From contig CBFHOE010000010.1 in assembly GCA_965657355.1 (NCBI GenBank), positions 1 through 64,000 on the forward strand: a DNA stretch of 64,000 nt. Direction: 5' to 3'. A program made the translations under genes and the position numbers. This DNA is from Limisphaerales bacterium (GTDB lineage Bacteria > Verrucomicrobiota > Verrucomicrobiia > Limisphaerales > JAJOIW01). Under the pieces are notes generated by a model. It was not told where the DNA came from. It made no database searches and saw nothing but the letters and a program-made list of their open reading frames with translations. Positions 1 through 9,462 of the stretch are shown here, piece after piece; the stretch's first letter is position 1, and every line of letters starts with the position of its first letter.

Positions 1-1
1 A

Positions 2-352
2 ATTATCTTCAATCAAATTTTGCTGAATCAATATAAGTCAAAGGCATCAAAAACCGCAGAAGAAATATACAATAGTGTAAATAATAGTAACTACAAAATT
101 AAAGAAAAATGGATTATATACCGAGCGAATGTAAATTTGATCAAGAAATTGATAGTCGAGAGCAGAGCGGGCCTCTCCTCGTCAATACCAGCGGAGGAAC
201 TCAAGAAAAAGTCATTATGTTGGGAGGGTCGAGACACAACGGTGATAATACCTGTAAAATATTTGCAGCCCGTCTGGGAAGGACAAGCTTCGGAGAGTAT
301 ATCGAATCTGCAAATATCCAGATTTGGTCCGTTTTGGAAGGAAAAAAAGTAA
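2..352 (+). CDS. Hypothetical protein, probably the 3' end of a gene starting before the window
   Basis: Frame is open from position 2 to TAA at 350-352. No recognised family. An overlapping alternative frame (109..390) exists. Confidence 0.4.
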   Translation: MIFNQILLNQYKSKASKTAEEIYNSVNNSNYKIKEKWIIYRANVNLIKKLIVESRAGLSSSIPAEELKKKSLCWEGRDTTVIIPVKYLQPVWEGQASESISNLQISRFGPFWKEKK

Positions 353-386
353 AGAAAAAGCCAGTGCAAAAAACAACAAATTTCAT

Positions 387-554
387 ATGAAAAATCAATC
401 ACAAAATACAACAAATTTAAATAAGCATGTCGATGAGGCAGAGCTAGAAAATTTAAAGCGCAACGCAGCAAATTTTCACAATGAAAAGCAAGCGCGAGAT
501 GCTGAAAAACGAAAAATTGTTTCAAAAATAACTAATAACATAAGGTTTAATTAA
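387..554 (+). CDS. Small basic hypothetical protein (MKNQSQ..., 55 aa)
   Basis: ATG at 387 lies in the 324..554 frame. Stop is 1 nt before the next ATG, an operon-like packing. Confidence 0.45.
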   Translation: MKNQSQNTTNLNKHVDEAELENLKRNAANFHNEKQARDAEKRKIVSKITNNIRFN

Positions 555-555
555 G

Positions 556-939
556 ATGCATACTAAAGATAAAAACATTATTCATTGCTCTTGGGACGAC
601 TTAACGGCGAGCGCCCACATAACACGAGCGGCGAAAGCACAGCACCGTGAAGAAAAACAAAACTATTATCATAATTTGGAAAACAAAAACCGCAACAGAG
701 TAGCTGAACTGTATGCAAAATATAAGGGCGTGGACGTTCCCAAGAAGAAATTACCAACCTTCAAATCAAATCCAATAAAATATGTGCCAGAAACAGACGA
801 GGAAGCTAAGCGCTTTGAAAACTGGAAATTGTTGGAAGCTAAAAATCATATTTCCTCTAAAAAAAGTCACCTAACGGCAAAAGATTTTAAGTCAATAGAA
901 GATGCTGCGGTAGCAATTGGTTTCAGGATCTCCCAATGA
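556..939 (+). CDS. Lys-rich hypothetical protein, 127 aa
   Basis: ATG start, tightly packed after the previous ORF, no recognised motif. Confidence 0.55.
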   Translation: MHTKDKNIIHCSWDDLTASAHITRAAKAQHREEKQNYYHNLENKNRNRVAELYAKYKGVDVPKKKLPTFKSNPIKYVPETDEEAKRFENWKLLEAKNHISSKKSHLTAKDFKSIEDAAVAIGFRISQ

Positions 940-1119
940 GTAGTAAATCTATTGGCAGGCTCTGAATTTTTAACATTTTTTCTTCAGGGCCTTATTTTTG
1001 CGGCCTCCATAGCTGCTCAGTCAAAACAAGAAAACAAGGTAGAAATTCCCATATTATCGCAAGATTCTATGGGTTTTTTCATGCTTTTTCACAGAAAGGC
1101 GGATAACTTTACTAATAGG

Positions 1120-1998
1120 TTGATGATAGGAGCCCCAGGGACTGGAAAGTCCATGTTAGCAAAACGACTCAAGACCATCCTTCCGCCTCTCACATTAAGA
1201 GAGGCATTGGAGACTACCAAGGTTCATAGTATTGCAGGGATACTTAATACGAATCAGGCGTTGGTCACTGAGAGATCCTTCAGGACACCACATCACACAG
1301 CAAGTCATGCGGGACTTTTAGGTGGAAGAGCCAATCCCACCCCGGGTGAAATTTCTTTGGCACACAACGGTGTTCTTTTTTTAGATGAGTTACCGGAATT
1401 TAAGCGTAGTGTTTTGGAAACGATGCGCCAACCGTTAGAAGAAGGAAGAGTCACAATCTCCAGAGCAGCAGGAACTTTCACCTTTCCCGCAAAATTTATG
1501 TTAATTGCCGCAATGAATCCCACCCCTGATGGTAAAATGCCAGAGGAATCTAAAAGCAGCCAAAAAGAAATAAGAAAATATCTTGGCAAGATTTCAAGAC
1601 CGCTTCTGGACCGAATTGACATTCACGTGGAGGTTCCAAAAGTTAAATTTCAAGATATGGCTTCTCAATCATGCGGAGAAACGTCAGAGGAAATTAGGTT
1701 GAGAGTCATTGAAGCGAGAAATATTCAAAACCTTAGATATAAAAATTCGAGCTTTTGTCGATGTAATGCACAAATGGAATCAAAAGAATTACGTCAACAT
1801 TGTCGGTTAAAGCCAGAGGTATCGAAAGACCTGAAAGCGGCAATGAACAAACTGAATTTTAGTGCGAGGACATATGATCGAATATTAAAAGTGGCCAGAA
1901 CAATTGCCGACATGGATAAGCGTCAGGATATTGAAAGTTCTCACATATACGAGGCGGTCCAATACCGAACCTTAGATAGGCAAATTTGGGGTGAGTAA
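1120..1998 (+). pseudogene. comM: 5'-truncated ComM/YifB (Mg-chelatase-like AAA+ helicase)
   Basis: LMIGAPGTGKSMLA (Walker A), FRTPHHT, PGEISLAHNGVLFLDELPEF (Walker B), AAMNP, PLLDRID and RILKVARTIAD are present. The N-terminal ~200 aa of a ~500 aa ComM are absent, and ORF residues before 1120 are unrelated. Confidence 0.85.
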
Positions 1999-2645
1999 AT
2001 TTGCTAAGGAGCGGAGGCTTCGTAAAAATATTGATTGAGACCGTGGGTTCATACGACTGCAAATTGAAAAAAGTCTATTGTAAGACAGAATAACCGGTGA
2101 TCACGTGGCCCGTGGCAAGCTGACCGAAAATCGATGAAACCCACCGGGAGAATCTAGTAAAGATATTATTTTATTCTCTTCTGATATCAAATTTCACAAC
2201 CTGGTGTCTAATTAAAGGGATCAAATGGCTCACAGTGTCCAAAACTTAGAGGTTATTATTTTAGCCTGGATAAACAAAATCCGATATTCGCCGCATTAGA
2301 TGGATAGGATATGAGTTTTTGTAGTCATTCGGCATCCAAGTTTCATGGAGGCTGGAGATGAGAGTAAACATTTCCTTACTTGAAATCTACTCTACCATGT
2401 AAATCGCAGGAATAACCTATGGAATTTCTTGAGGTAATTGGTATCAAGTTTTTTGATGGATGGATGTAAGATGGCGAGAGCCAGATAATTGGACTAAACT
2501 TCAACAATATTTCAACGAGGTTTGCTAGGTCTTGATGAAATGGTATATAATTAATAACAATACAAAAGTGAGTTCCTCATTGCCCCTGGCAGGGGTTGAT
2601 GGTTAAAAACATAGAAGTTGAGTTGAAAGAAGCAAGAGAGAATAA

Positions 2646-3326
2646 ATGAAAGAACTGACGGCCCTTGTTAGGACATCGGTAGGGAAAAAGCTGGTTATGG
2701 CAGTAACCGGGTTGATGCTATACGGATTTGTTGTCATCCACCTTATTGGAAATCTACAGATTTATTCAGGACAGGAGTCCATCAACCACTACGCGCACTT
2801 CTTGAAATCCAAGCCGATCATTTTGTGGGGATTTAGATTGGGGCTCATAGGAATCTTTGCTCTACATATACAGACAGCGTTTAGTCTCGCTGCGGCTAAT
2901 AGAAAAGCCAAAGGTGAGGTAAATTACACCGACCCTTCTGACAATGGATCCACAATAGCCTCACGAACGATGATCGTTAGTGGATCTGTTATTCTTGCTT
3001 TTGTCGTTTTTCATATTTTGCATTTCACAATGGGTGCGATATTCCCCGACCACTTCCAAATGAAAGATTCGGAAGGCCTTCATGATGTCTATGGTATGGT
3101 CGTAGAAGGTTTCCAAATTTGGTGGGTGGCATTTTTTTATGTGATTTCCATGGCTTTATTATGTTTTCACTTGAGTCATGGTTTATCCTCATTGTTTCAA
3201 TCACTCGGTTTTATCAATGCAAAATATACGCCATTAATCGAAAAACTGGCGCTGGTTGGTTGGGTAGCAATTTTTATCGGTAATTGCGCCATCCCGCTCT
3301 CAATTTTATTAGGATACGTAAAGTAG
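2646..3326 (+). CDS. sdhC: Succinate dehydrogenase/fumarate reductase cytochrome b subunit
   Basis: SVGKKLVMAVTG, HLIGNL and conserved heme His residues, about five TM helices, first gene of the sdh operon. Confidence 0.93.
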   Translation: MKELTALVRTSVGKKLVMAVTGLMLYGFVVIHLIGNLQIYSGQESINHYAHFLKSKPIILWGFRLGLIGIFALHIQTAFSLAAANRKAKGEVNYTDPSDNGSTIASRTMIVSGSVILAFVVFHILHFTMGAIFPDHFQMKDSEGLHDVYGMVVEGFQIWWVAFFYVISMALLCFHLSHGLSSLFQSLGFINAKYTPLIEKLALVGWVAIFIGNCAIPLSILLGYVK

Positions 3327-3335
3327 GACAGGTCG

Positions 3336-5243
3336 ATGTTGAAAAGTAATATACCAAGCGGACCTTTGGCAGATAAGTGGGACAAACACCGCTTTGATCT
3401 CAAACTGGTAAACCCAGCAAACAAAAGGAAATTTAAGGTCATTGTGGTGGGTTCGGGTTTGGCCGGGTCTTCAGCCGCAGCATCACTCTCCGAACTAGGA
3501 TACAAAGTGGACTGTTTTTGTTACCAGGACAGCCCTCGCCGAGCGCACAGTATCGCGGCCCAGGGAGGAATAAATGCCGCAAAAAATTACCAGAATGATG
3601 GAGATAGTACATATCGACTATTTTACGACACAGTCAAAGGTGGTGACTTTAGATCAAGAGAAGCCAATGTTTACCGTTTGGCTCAAGTCAGCACGAATAT
3701 AATTGATCAGTGCGTCTCACAAGGTGTTCCTTTCGCAAGAGAGTACGGAGGCCACTTGGCTAACCGCTCTTTTGGGGGTGCCCAAGTCAGCAGAACTTTT
3801 TATGCAAAGGGCCAAACCGGCCAGCAGCTACTCCTTGGAGCATATCAAGCACTCTCAAAGCAGATAGCCAAAGGAGCTGTTAAAATGTTTCCGAGAACAG
3901 AGATGATGGATCTGGTTCTCGTCGATGGTCACGCCAAAGGCATTGTGGTCAGAGACTTAAAAACCGGTGAAATTAGTACCCATTCCGCAGATGCAGTTAT
4001 CTTAGCGAGTGGAGGTTATGGAAATGTTTTTTATCTGTCCACAAATGCGATCGGTTGCAATGTCACAGCGACCTTCAGGGCCTACAAGAAGGGGGCTTAT
4101 TTCGCCAACCCTTGTTATACACAAATACACCCTACATGCATTCCTGTTAATGGAGATCATCAGTCTAAACTCACCCTCATGTCGGAATCCTTGAGAAATG
4201 ATGGCCGCGTTTGGGTCCCTTCGAAAGCAGGAGAAACGCGTGCAGCCTCGGAAATCCCAGAAAGTGAAAGAGACTATTTTCTAGAAAGAAAGTATCCAAG
4301 TTTCGGAAACCTGGCTCCGAGGGATATTTCTTCGAGGGCAGCTAAAGAAGCATGTGACGAAGGGAGAGGTGTTGGACCAGGTGGATTAGGTGTTTACCTC
4401 GACTTTGAAGATGCCATCAATCGTGATGGAGAATCAGCTATTAAGGCTCGATATGGCAACCTCTTCCAGATGTATGAAAAAATTACTGGTGAGAATGCCT
4501 ACCAAATGCCGATGAGAATTTATCCGGCGGTCCACTACACAATGGGAGGTCTTTGGGTCGATTATAATTTGCAGAGTAACATCCCAGGTTTATTCGTCCT
4601 GGGCGAAGCCAATTTCTCAGATCACGGTGCCAATAGGCTTGGAGCGAGTGCTCTAATGCAAGGTCTTGCTGATGGTTATTTTGTGATTCCTTACACCATT
4701 GGGTCTTATTTCGCTTCCACACCGAAAAATCACCCGTCGGAAACGAGTCAAGAATTTGAAGATGCTAAAAAGGTATCCAAAGAGAGAATAGAAAGTTTAA
4801 TTGCCATTGATGGCAAAAGAACGGTCAGGTCATTCCACAGAGAAATCGGCAGATTGATTTGGGAAGAATGTGGGATGTCCAGAAACAAAAAAGGATTGCA
4901 GGCTGCCATAAAGAAAATACCGGCAATCCGTCAAGAATTCTGGGAAAATGTCAAAGTAACGGGAACCAATGAAGGCATGAACAAAACCCTCGAGCATGCC
5001 AATAGAGTCTCGGATTTCTTGGAATTCGGAGAGCTGATGTGCCGCGATGCTCTTAAGAGAGAGGAAAGTTGCGGTGGCCACTTCAGAACAGAACACCAAA
5101 CAGATGAAGGCGAAGCTCTCAGAGACGATGAAAAATTTGCCCATGTCGCAGCTTGGGAATTTAACGGAAAGCGAGTCCCGAAACGGCACGTTGAAGACCT
5201 CAATTATAAAGAAGTTAAAATGTCACAAAGGAGCTATAAGTAA
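3336..5243 (+). CDS. sdhA: Succinate dehydrogenase/fumarate reductase flavoprotein
   Basis: VVGSGLAG Rossmann motif, [16 protein letters not shown]-His motif, [28 protein letters not shown]. Confidence 0.97.
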   Translation: MLKSNIPSGPLADKWDKHRFDLKLVNPANKRKFKVIVVGSGLAGSSAAASLSELGYKVDCFCYQDSPRRAHSIAAQGGINAAKNYQNDGDSTYRLFYDTVKGGDFRSREANVYRLAQVSTNIIDQCVSQGVPFAREYGGHLANRSFGGAQVSRTFYAKGQTGQQLLLGAYQALSKQIAKGAVKMFPRTEMMDLVLVDGHAKGIVVRDLKTGEISTHSADAVILASGGYGNVFYLSTNAIGCNVTATFRAYKKGAYFANPCYTQIHPTCIPVNGDHQSKLTLMSESLRNDGRVWVPSKAGETRAASEIPESERDYFLERKYPSFGNLAPRDISSRAAKEACDEGRGVGPGGLGVYLDFEDAINRDGESAIKARYGNLFQMYEKITGENAYQMPMRIYPAVHYTMGGLWVDYNLQSNIPGLFVLGEANFSDHGANRLGASALMQGLADGYFVIPYTIGSYFASTPKNHPSETSQEFEDAKKVSKERIESLIAIDGKRTVRSFHREIGRLIWEECGMSRNKKGLQAAIKKIPAIRQEFWENVKVTGTNEGMNKTLEHANRVSDFLEFGELMCRDALKREESCGGHFRTEHQTDEGEALRDDEKFAHVAAWEFNGKRVPKRHVEDLNYKEVKMSQRSYK

Positions 5244-5995
5244 TGAATTTAACACTTAAAATCTGGAGACAAGAAAGCGGGTCCTCAGAAGGAAGATTCG
5301 AGACTTACGAGGCAAAAGGAATTGAACCAGACATGTCGTTTCTCGAGATGCTCGACGTGCTCAATGAAGATCTTATCACCAGCGGAGGCGAACCAGTAGT
5401 ATTTGATTCCGATTGCAGAGAAGGCATTTGCGGGATGTGCTCACTAGTGGTCAATGGGATACCTCATGGTGGCCAGAAGGGAACAACTGTCTGCCAGCTA
5501 CATATGAGGGCCTTCACAGATGGTCAAACAATTACTATTGAACCGTGGCGAGCCAAAGCTTTTCCGGTTTTGAAGGATCTTGCAGTCGACAGATCTGCAT
5601 TTGATAAAGTCATCCAGAGTGGAGGTTTCGTCAATGTGAATACCGGCGGAGCCCCTGATGCGAATGCCCTACCTATTCCAAAAGTTGACGCCGATTCAGC
5701 AATGGACGCGGCAACATGTATTGGTTGTGGGGCATGCGTTGCCGCATGCAAGAACTCATCTGCAATGCTATTCGGAGGGGCCAAAGTGACACACTTGAAC
5801 ACGCTCCCACAAGGTCAGCCAGAGAAACATCAAAGAGCGGTATCTGTCGTTGAGACAATGGACGAGCAAGGGTTTGGTGCATGCACTGTCACCGGGGCTT
5901 GCGCTGCCGTTTGTCCGAAAGAGATTCCACTTAGTGTCATCGGGAAGCTGAACCGCGACTATGCGATGGGTGTCCTAAAAGGGTATAGCAAATAA
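5243..5995 (+). CDS. sdhB: Succinate dehydrogenase/fumarate reductase Fe-S subunit
   Basis: [21 protein letters not shown] and [12 protein letters not shown] cluster motifs. Confidence 0.97.
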   Translation: MNLTLKIWRQESGSSEGRFETYEAKGIEPDMSFLEMLDVLNEDLITSGGEPVVFDSDCREGICGMCSLVVNGIPHGGQKGTTVCQLHMRAFTDGQTITIEPWRAKAFPVLKDLAVDRSAFDKVIQSGGFVNVNTGGAPDANALPIPKVDADSAMDAATCIGCGACVAACKNSSAMLFGGAKVTHLNTLPQGQPEKHQRAVSVVETMDEQGFGACTVTGACAAVCPKEIPLSVIGKLNRDYAMGVLKGYSK

Positions 5996-6108
5996 ATACT
6001 GACCAGGTGCTGAGCCTGGTCCATAGATATCATTTTTTCCAGTGACGACGCGACGGCCATTGGTATGTCATTCCATAAAGTCCTGTAATAGTTTATATTG
6101 CAAGAGGA

Positions 6109-6768
6109 ATGGAGAAAATGCCTGACCGGCCAGACAAATACTTGCTAGTCATCGAAGATGATGATCTTCAGTATGAATTATACGAAGAAGCTCTTGAAGG
6201 ATTCCACCTGAGAAGAGCCCGCACAATCAGCGAAGCACTTCAACATGTCGCTAGATACCCTGCCAGCTTGGTTATTTTAGACCACATATTGGCGGAGGGC
6301 GACCTTGGATTAGACCACCTTTCGACTATCAAAGAAGCTTTGCCTCACGTACCCATCATTGTCATCTCGGGAGCTCTTGAAGTACACCAACAAATGGACG
6401 CCTTACAAGGACCGAGGCGAGCCCATTATTGTCTAACTAAACCTCTGGACTTAGAAAGACTTAAATCCGTTGTTCAAGAAGCCCTGACGGAATGCGGGGA
6501 AACGGAAATCGTACAACAATTTTCCGCATTAGAAAAATCGAAAAGAGTAGATGCATTGGACTTGATGAGTCGCTCAACCGAAAGGCTCAGCAGACAAAAC
6601 GATATTGTAAAAAGGCTTCAGGGCAAGACAACAAAGCCAAATATCTCGCATCTAGCCCGCGAGTACAAGGTTGCGCGCAGGACAATTCTAAGAGACCTCA
6701 ATGAACTTGTACGAAGGGGTCAATTGCCATCACAGATTCTTGACGATGAAGAAGAATCTGAAATCTGA
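6109..6768 (+). CDS. Response regulator: REC domain plus C-terminal DeoR-like helix-turn-helix
   Basis: LVIEDD, VILDH, IVISG and LTKP receiver motifs. C-terminal ISHLAREYKVARRTILRDLNEL HTH. Confidence 0.85.
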   Translation: MEKMPDRPDKYLLVIEDDDLQYELYEEALEGFHLRRARTISEALQHVARYPASLVILDHILAEGDLGLDHLSTIKEALPHVPIIVISGALEVHQQMDALQGPRRAHYCLTKPLDLERLKSVVQEALTECGETEIVQQFSALEKSKRVDALDLMSRSTERLSRQNDIVKRLQGKTTKPNISHLAREYKVARRTILRDLNELVRRGQLPSQILDDEEESEI

Positions 6769-6806
6769 TTTCGCTATGTTTTTCATTAATCATAAACGGA
6801 AATTCA

Positions 6807-7217
6807 TTATTCCATAAGGAAAACCATTTCCATTTGGCTCCAATGGTCTCCCTTTTTTTTGGAAGGTAATTCTATTTGGCAAGGGTCTGTTTCCTTCCAC
6901 CATCTTTGGGTATGTGGATCATCAGCTACAGCTTTCATGTCCTGATCGAGATTTTGGCCCGAGTATTCAAAATAACTGAAGAGGTATTTCTTATCTTCGA
7001 TCTGGGTAATATATATAGAGAAATTAGAAATATTTGATCGGCGCAATCTATCCAAAACAGCTGTCCATGCATTTGCATGAAGTTCACGATAATATTTTTC
7101 CATCTCGCCTTTGAGTCCGATGATTGAACCAAATCTCTTAACCGAGCTTTGCTGAATTTTTTCGGGAGACGGATTTGTTTCTCCGTAAATTGGATTGCTA
7201 TAAAGAGAACTCATCAA
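6807..7217 (-). CDS. L-rhamnose mutarotase family protein
   Basis: YRELHANAW, NFSIY, LFSYFEY, TQRWW and W..MEMVF match the RhaM/YiiL family. Confidence 0.85.
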   Translation of the reverse strand: MMSSLYSNPIYGETNPSPEKIQQSSVKRFGSIIGLKGEMEKYYRELHANAWTAVLDRLRRSNISNFSIYITQIEDKKYLFSYFEYSGQNLDQDMKAVADDPHTQRWWKETDPCQIELPSKKKGDHWSQMEMVFLME

Positions 7218-7373
7218 AAACTTTATACCATGTCATCTTGCCCTCAAACAACCGTTCCCTCCTCATTGTCGCCAAATGACAACATCAGCCATCATGAATG
7301 CTTATTGGGCTAGGCTGTAAAAAGGGCGATTTAAAATTTTTCCGTAGTGAGGGCATATTATTTTTACGAAAAC

Positions 7374-7405
7374 AAAAAAGGGGTAGTGAAACAACGCACT
7401 ACCCC
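7374..7405 (-). terminator. Rho-independent terminator
   Basis: GGGGTAGTG/CACTACCCC stem followed by a T-run on the minus strand, just downstream of 7441..9438. Confidence 0.8.
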
Positions 7406-7440
7406 CTGGATTAGATATGAAAATCTATATGTATTGGCCT

Positions 7441-9438
7441 TTAGTTCAAAGTCAGCAGGTCAAGGAGAGCAGCCTCTTTTTTAGGGCCTTCATGAAAATC
7501 TAACGACCTGTAATAACGCTGTTTCTGATCTTGAGGAAGTTGCTTGTCTTTGAGTATTCCTATGAGGTGATCGATGGCGTGTTCAGAGCGGGATCTCCAA
7601 ATAATATCTTTTCCTCCCGGGGTGGTCAGCTTATCAGCATGATTAGCTTCGTAAGCTTTAAAGCAAGCGTCTTCGTTGTCGGTGGCCGCAATACCTAAAG
7701 CTTCAAGATACCAACGGTCACTGCCGATGTGCTGACTGGCCAAATCGGCCCACATTTTAGCGCTTTCCTCTCCTTTCACCTGAAATAAAGCTAGCGCGCA
7801 TTCCCTTCTCACCTGACTGGAAGGATCAAATGTCAATGGCCTGATCAAGCTAACAATATCTTTAACTTTTTGTTTTGCTGTTCTGATAGCCAGGATACGA
7901 ATGTCTTTGTTTGGGTCTTTTAATCCTTTCACTATGTATTTTTCACTGGCCGGCGTTTGAACCAGTAAGTGAAAGGCTCGCGCTCTGAAGCTTTGATTTT
8001 TTCCATTTTCGAAAAGTTTATTGAGAGCGGGTTCCGATTTCTCCCCCATAGCATTCAGAGCGGACCAAGCCAAGTATCGCGTTTCCATGTTTGGGGATTT
8101 CAGAGCCTTTATGGCCTGAGCTGGTTTTTCGAAATGATGCTTTGGAACTTCATATTTTGATTGCTTGGCAGTCACCCGATAAATACGCCCCGATAAGGAT
8201 TCCAGCTTCTGGTCAGCCATATAGTGACCTCCTACGTTAGCATCATTCCAATCGGAAATGAAAAGTGATCCGTCAGGGGCAGCACAGACGTCAGAGGGGC
8301 GGAACCAGCGGTCTTCTCCCTGCTCAAGAATGTTAACAATCCTAGCGCTGTATCCAGCACCATTATCTTTTCTTATATAGGCCCGAACAACTCCTGGACC
8401 AGCATCACAGTGAATGACCTGATTTCTAAAAATTAATGGTAATGAGGTCCCCTCGTAGTGGAGGATACCTGTAGGAGAACCAGCACCCGTTTGTAAAAGG
8501 TTCGGAACAACACCTGGATCATTGAGATGCCAATGCTGTAAGGAAATTTCTTTTTCAAGATTGGCTCGTTTTGCTCTCCAACCAGCCCCATTTAACTCAC
8601 TGCGATATCCGTAGTTTCCTTGCTGCATGACGTAATTGATTCGAACACCTCGGTTGCCATCATCATCATTATCGGATTGCCACAAAGTCCCGAATGAATC
8701 AACCGCTACTTCGTAGTTGTTTCTAAAATTATGCCCAAGTACCTCGAACTGGCTCCCGTCCATATTACAGCGAAAGACCATTCCCTGCTGAAATGGTTGA
8801 CGGTTACCTATAACCTTTCTCCCATAAATATCCGTGACTATTTCACCGTCTGCGTTACCTACCTGGTATCCATTATTGCCCTGGTTGAAATACAATTTTC
8901 CATCAGGACCAAAGACAAAGGCATGAACTCCATGGTCGTGATCGACTCCTTTTATATTTGAAAAGAGCACTTCTTTCTTGTCGGGTTTATCATCACCATC
9001 TTCATCGGTGAAAACTAAAACATTGGGCGAACAAGATACGATGACTTTATTTCCCAGCACGACAATTCCAAGTGCTGTATTTACGTCATCACCCTGATAG
9101 AATACCTTTTGCTTATCCGCAGCTCCGTCTCCGTCAGTATCCTCTAAAATAACAATTCGGTCCCCTCCAGGTCTCAGCTTACCCCACTTTTGCCACAACC
9201 TGTAATTGGCTCCTTCGGTCGACCAAACCCTCCCTTTATGATCGATTGAAATATTGGCTGGGTTGACTACCATCGGCTCAGAGGCGAATAGAGAGACCTT
9301 AAGTTTATCATGAACTTTCAGCTTCTTGAGTTGCTCGGCAGCAGCATCTGGACCACTCCCATTTGGGTTAACCGCAAAAAGGGATGACGACAACCCAAAT
9401 GCGAAAAATACGTTTAAACTAAGTTTTAATAATTTCAT
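7441..9438 (-). CDS. PVC-type putative membrane-bound dehydrogenase (TIGR02604-like beta-propeller plus HEAT repeats)
   Basis: Signal peptide, LFASEP, DRIVILEDTDGDGAAD, FGPDGKLY, HNFRNNYE, WFRPSDV..PDG, GRIYR, HEAT-like C-terminus. Confidence 0.85.
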   Translation of the reverse strand: MKLLKLSLNVFFAFGLSSSLFAVNPNGSGPDAAAEQLKKLKVHDKLKVSLFASEPMVVNPANISIDHKGRVWSTEGANYRLWQKWGKLRPGGDRIVILEDTDGDGAADKQKVFYQGDDVNTALGIVVLGNKVIVSCSPNVLVFTDEDGDDKPDKKEVLFSNIKGVDHDHGVHAFVFGPDGKLYFNQGNNGYQVGNADGEIVTDIYGRKVIGNRQPFQQGMVFRCNMDGSQFEVLGHNFRNNYEVAVDSFGTLWQSDNDDDGNRGVRINYVMQQGNYGYRSELNGAGWRAKRANLEKEISLQHWHLNDPGVVPNLLQTGAGSPTGILHYEGTSLPLIFRNQVIHCDAGPGVVRAYIRKDNGAGYSARIVNILEQGEDRWFRPSDVCAAPDGSLFISDWNDANVGGHYMADQKLESLSGRIYRVTAKQSKYEVPKHHFEKPAQAIKALKSPNMETRYLAWSALNAMGEKSEPALNKLFENGKNQSFRARAFHLLVQTPASEKYIVKGLKDPNKDIRILAIRTAKQKVKDIVSLIRPLTFDPSSQVRRECALALFQVKGEESAKMWADLASQHIGSDRWYLEALGIAATDNEDACFKAYEANHADKLTTPGGKDIIWRSRSEHAIDHLIGILKDKQLPQDQKQRYYRSLDFHEGPKKEAALLDLLTLN

Positions 9439-9462
9439 TTAAAATAAGGTTTTTTATAAATT

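Larger units (their letters stand above)
1..1119. mobile_element. Probable terminal segment of an integrated element interrupting comM (no recombinase or transposase inside the window)
   Basis: A-rich DNA with short unknown co-oriented ORFs directly abuts a comM frame that starts abruptly at the Walker A region. comM is an established MGE insertion hotspot. Confidence 0.5.

Noticed and set aside
952..1119. N-terminal 56 aa of the 348 aa ORF as part of a genuine ComM variant
   Set aside because: No resemblance to the ComM N-terminal domain and a TTG start without support. It is best explained as chance open frame across the insertion junction.
2108..2141. CTGACCGA...GAAAC as a hammerhead ribozyme or SAM riboswitch fragment
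   Set aside because: The core does not fit CUGANGA, and the required stems and element order are missing.
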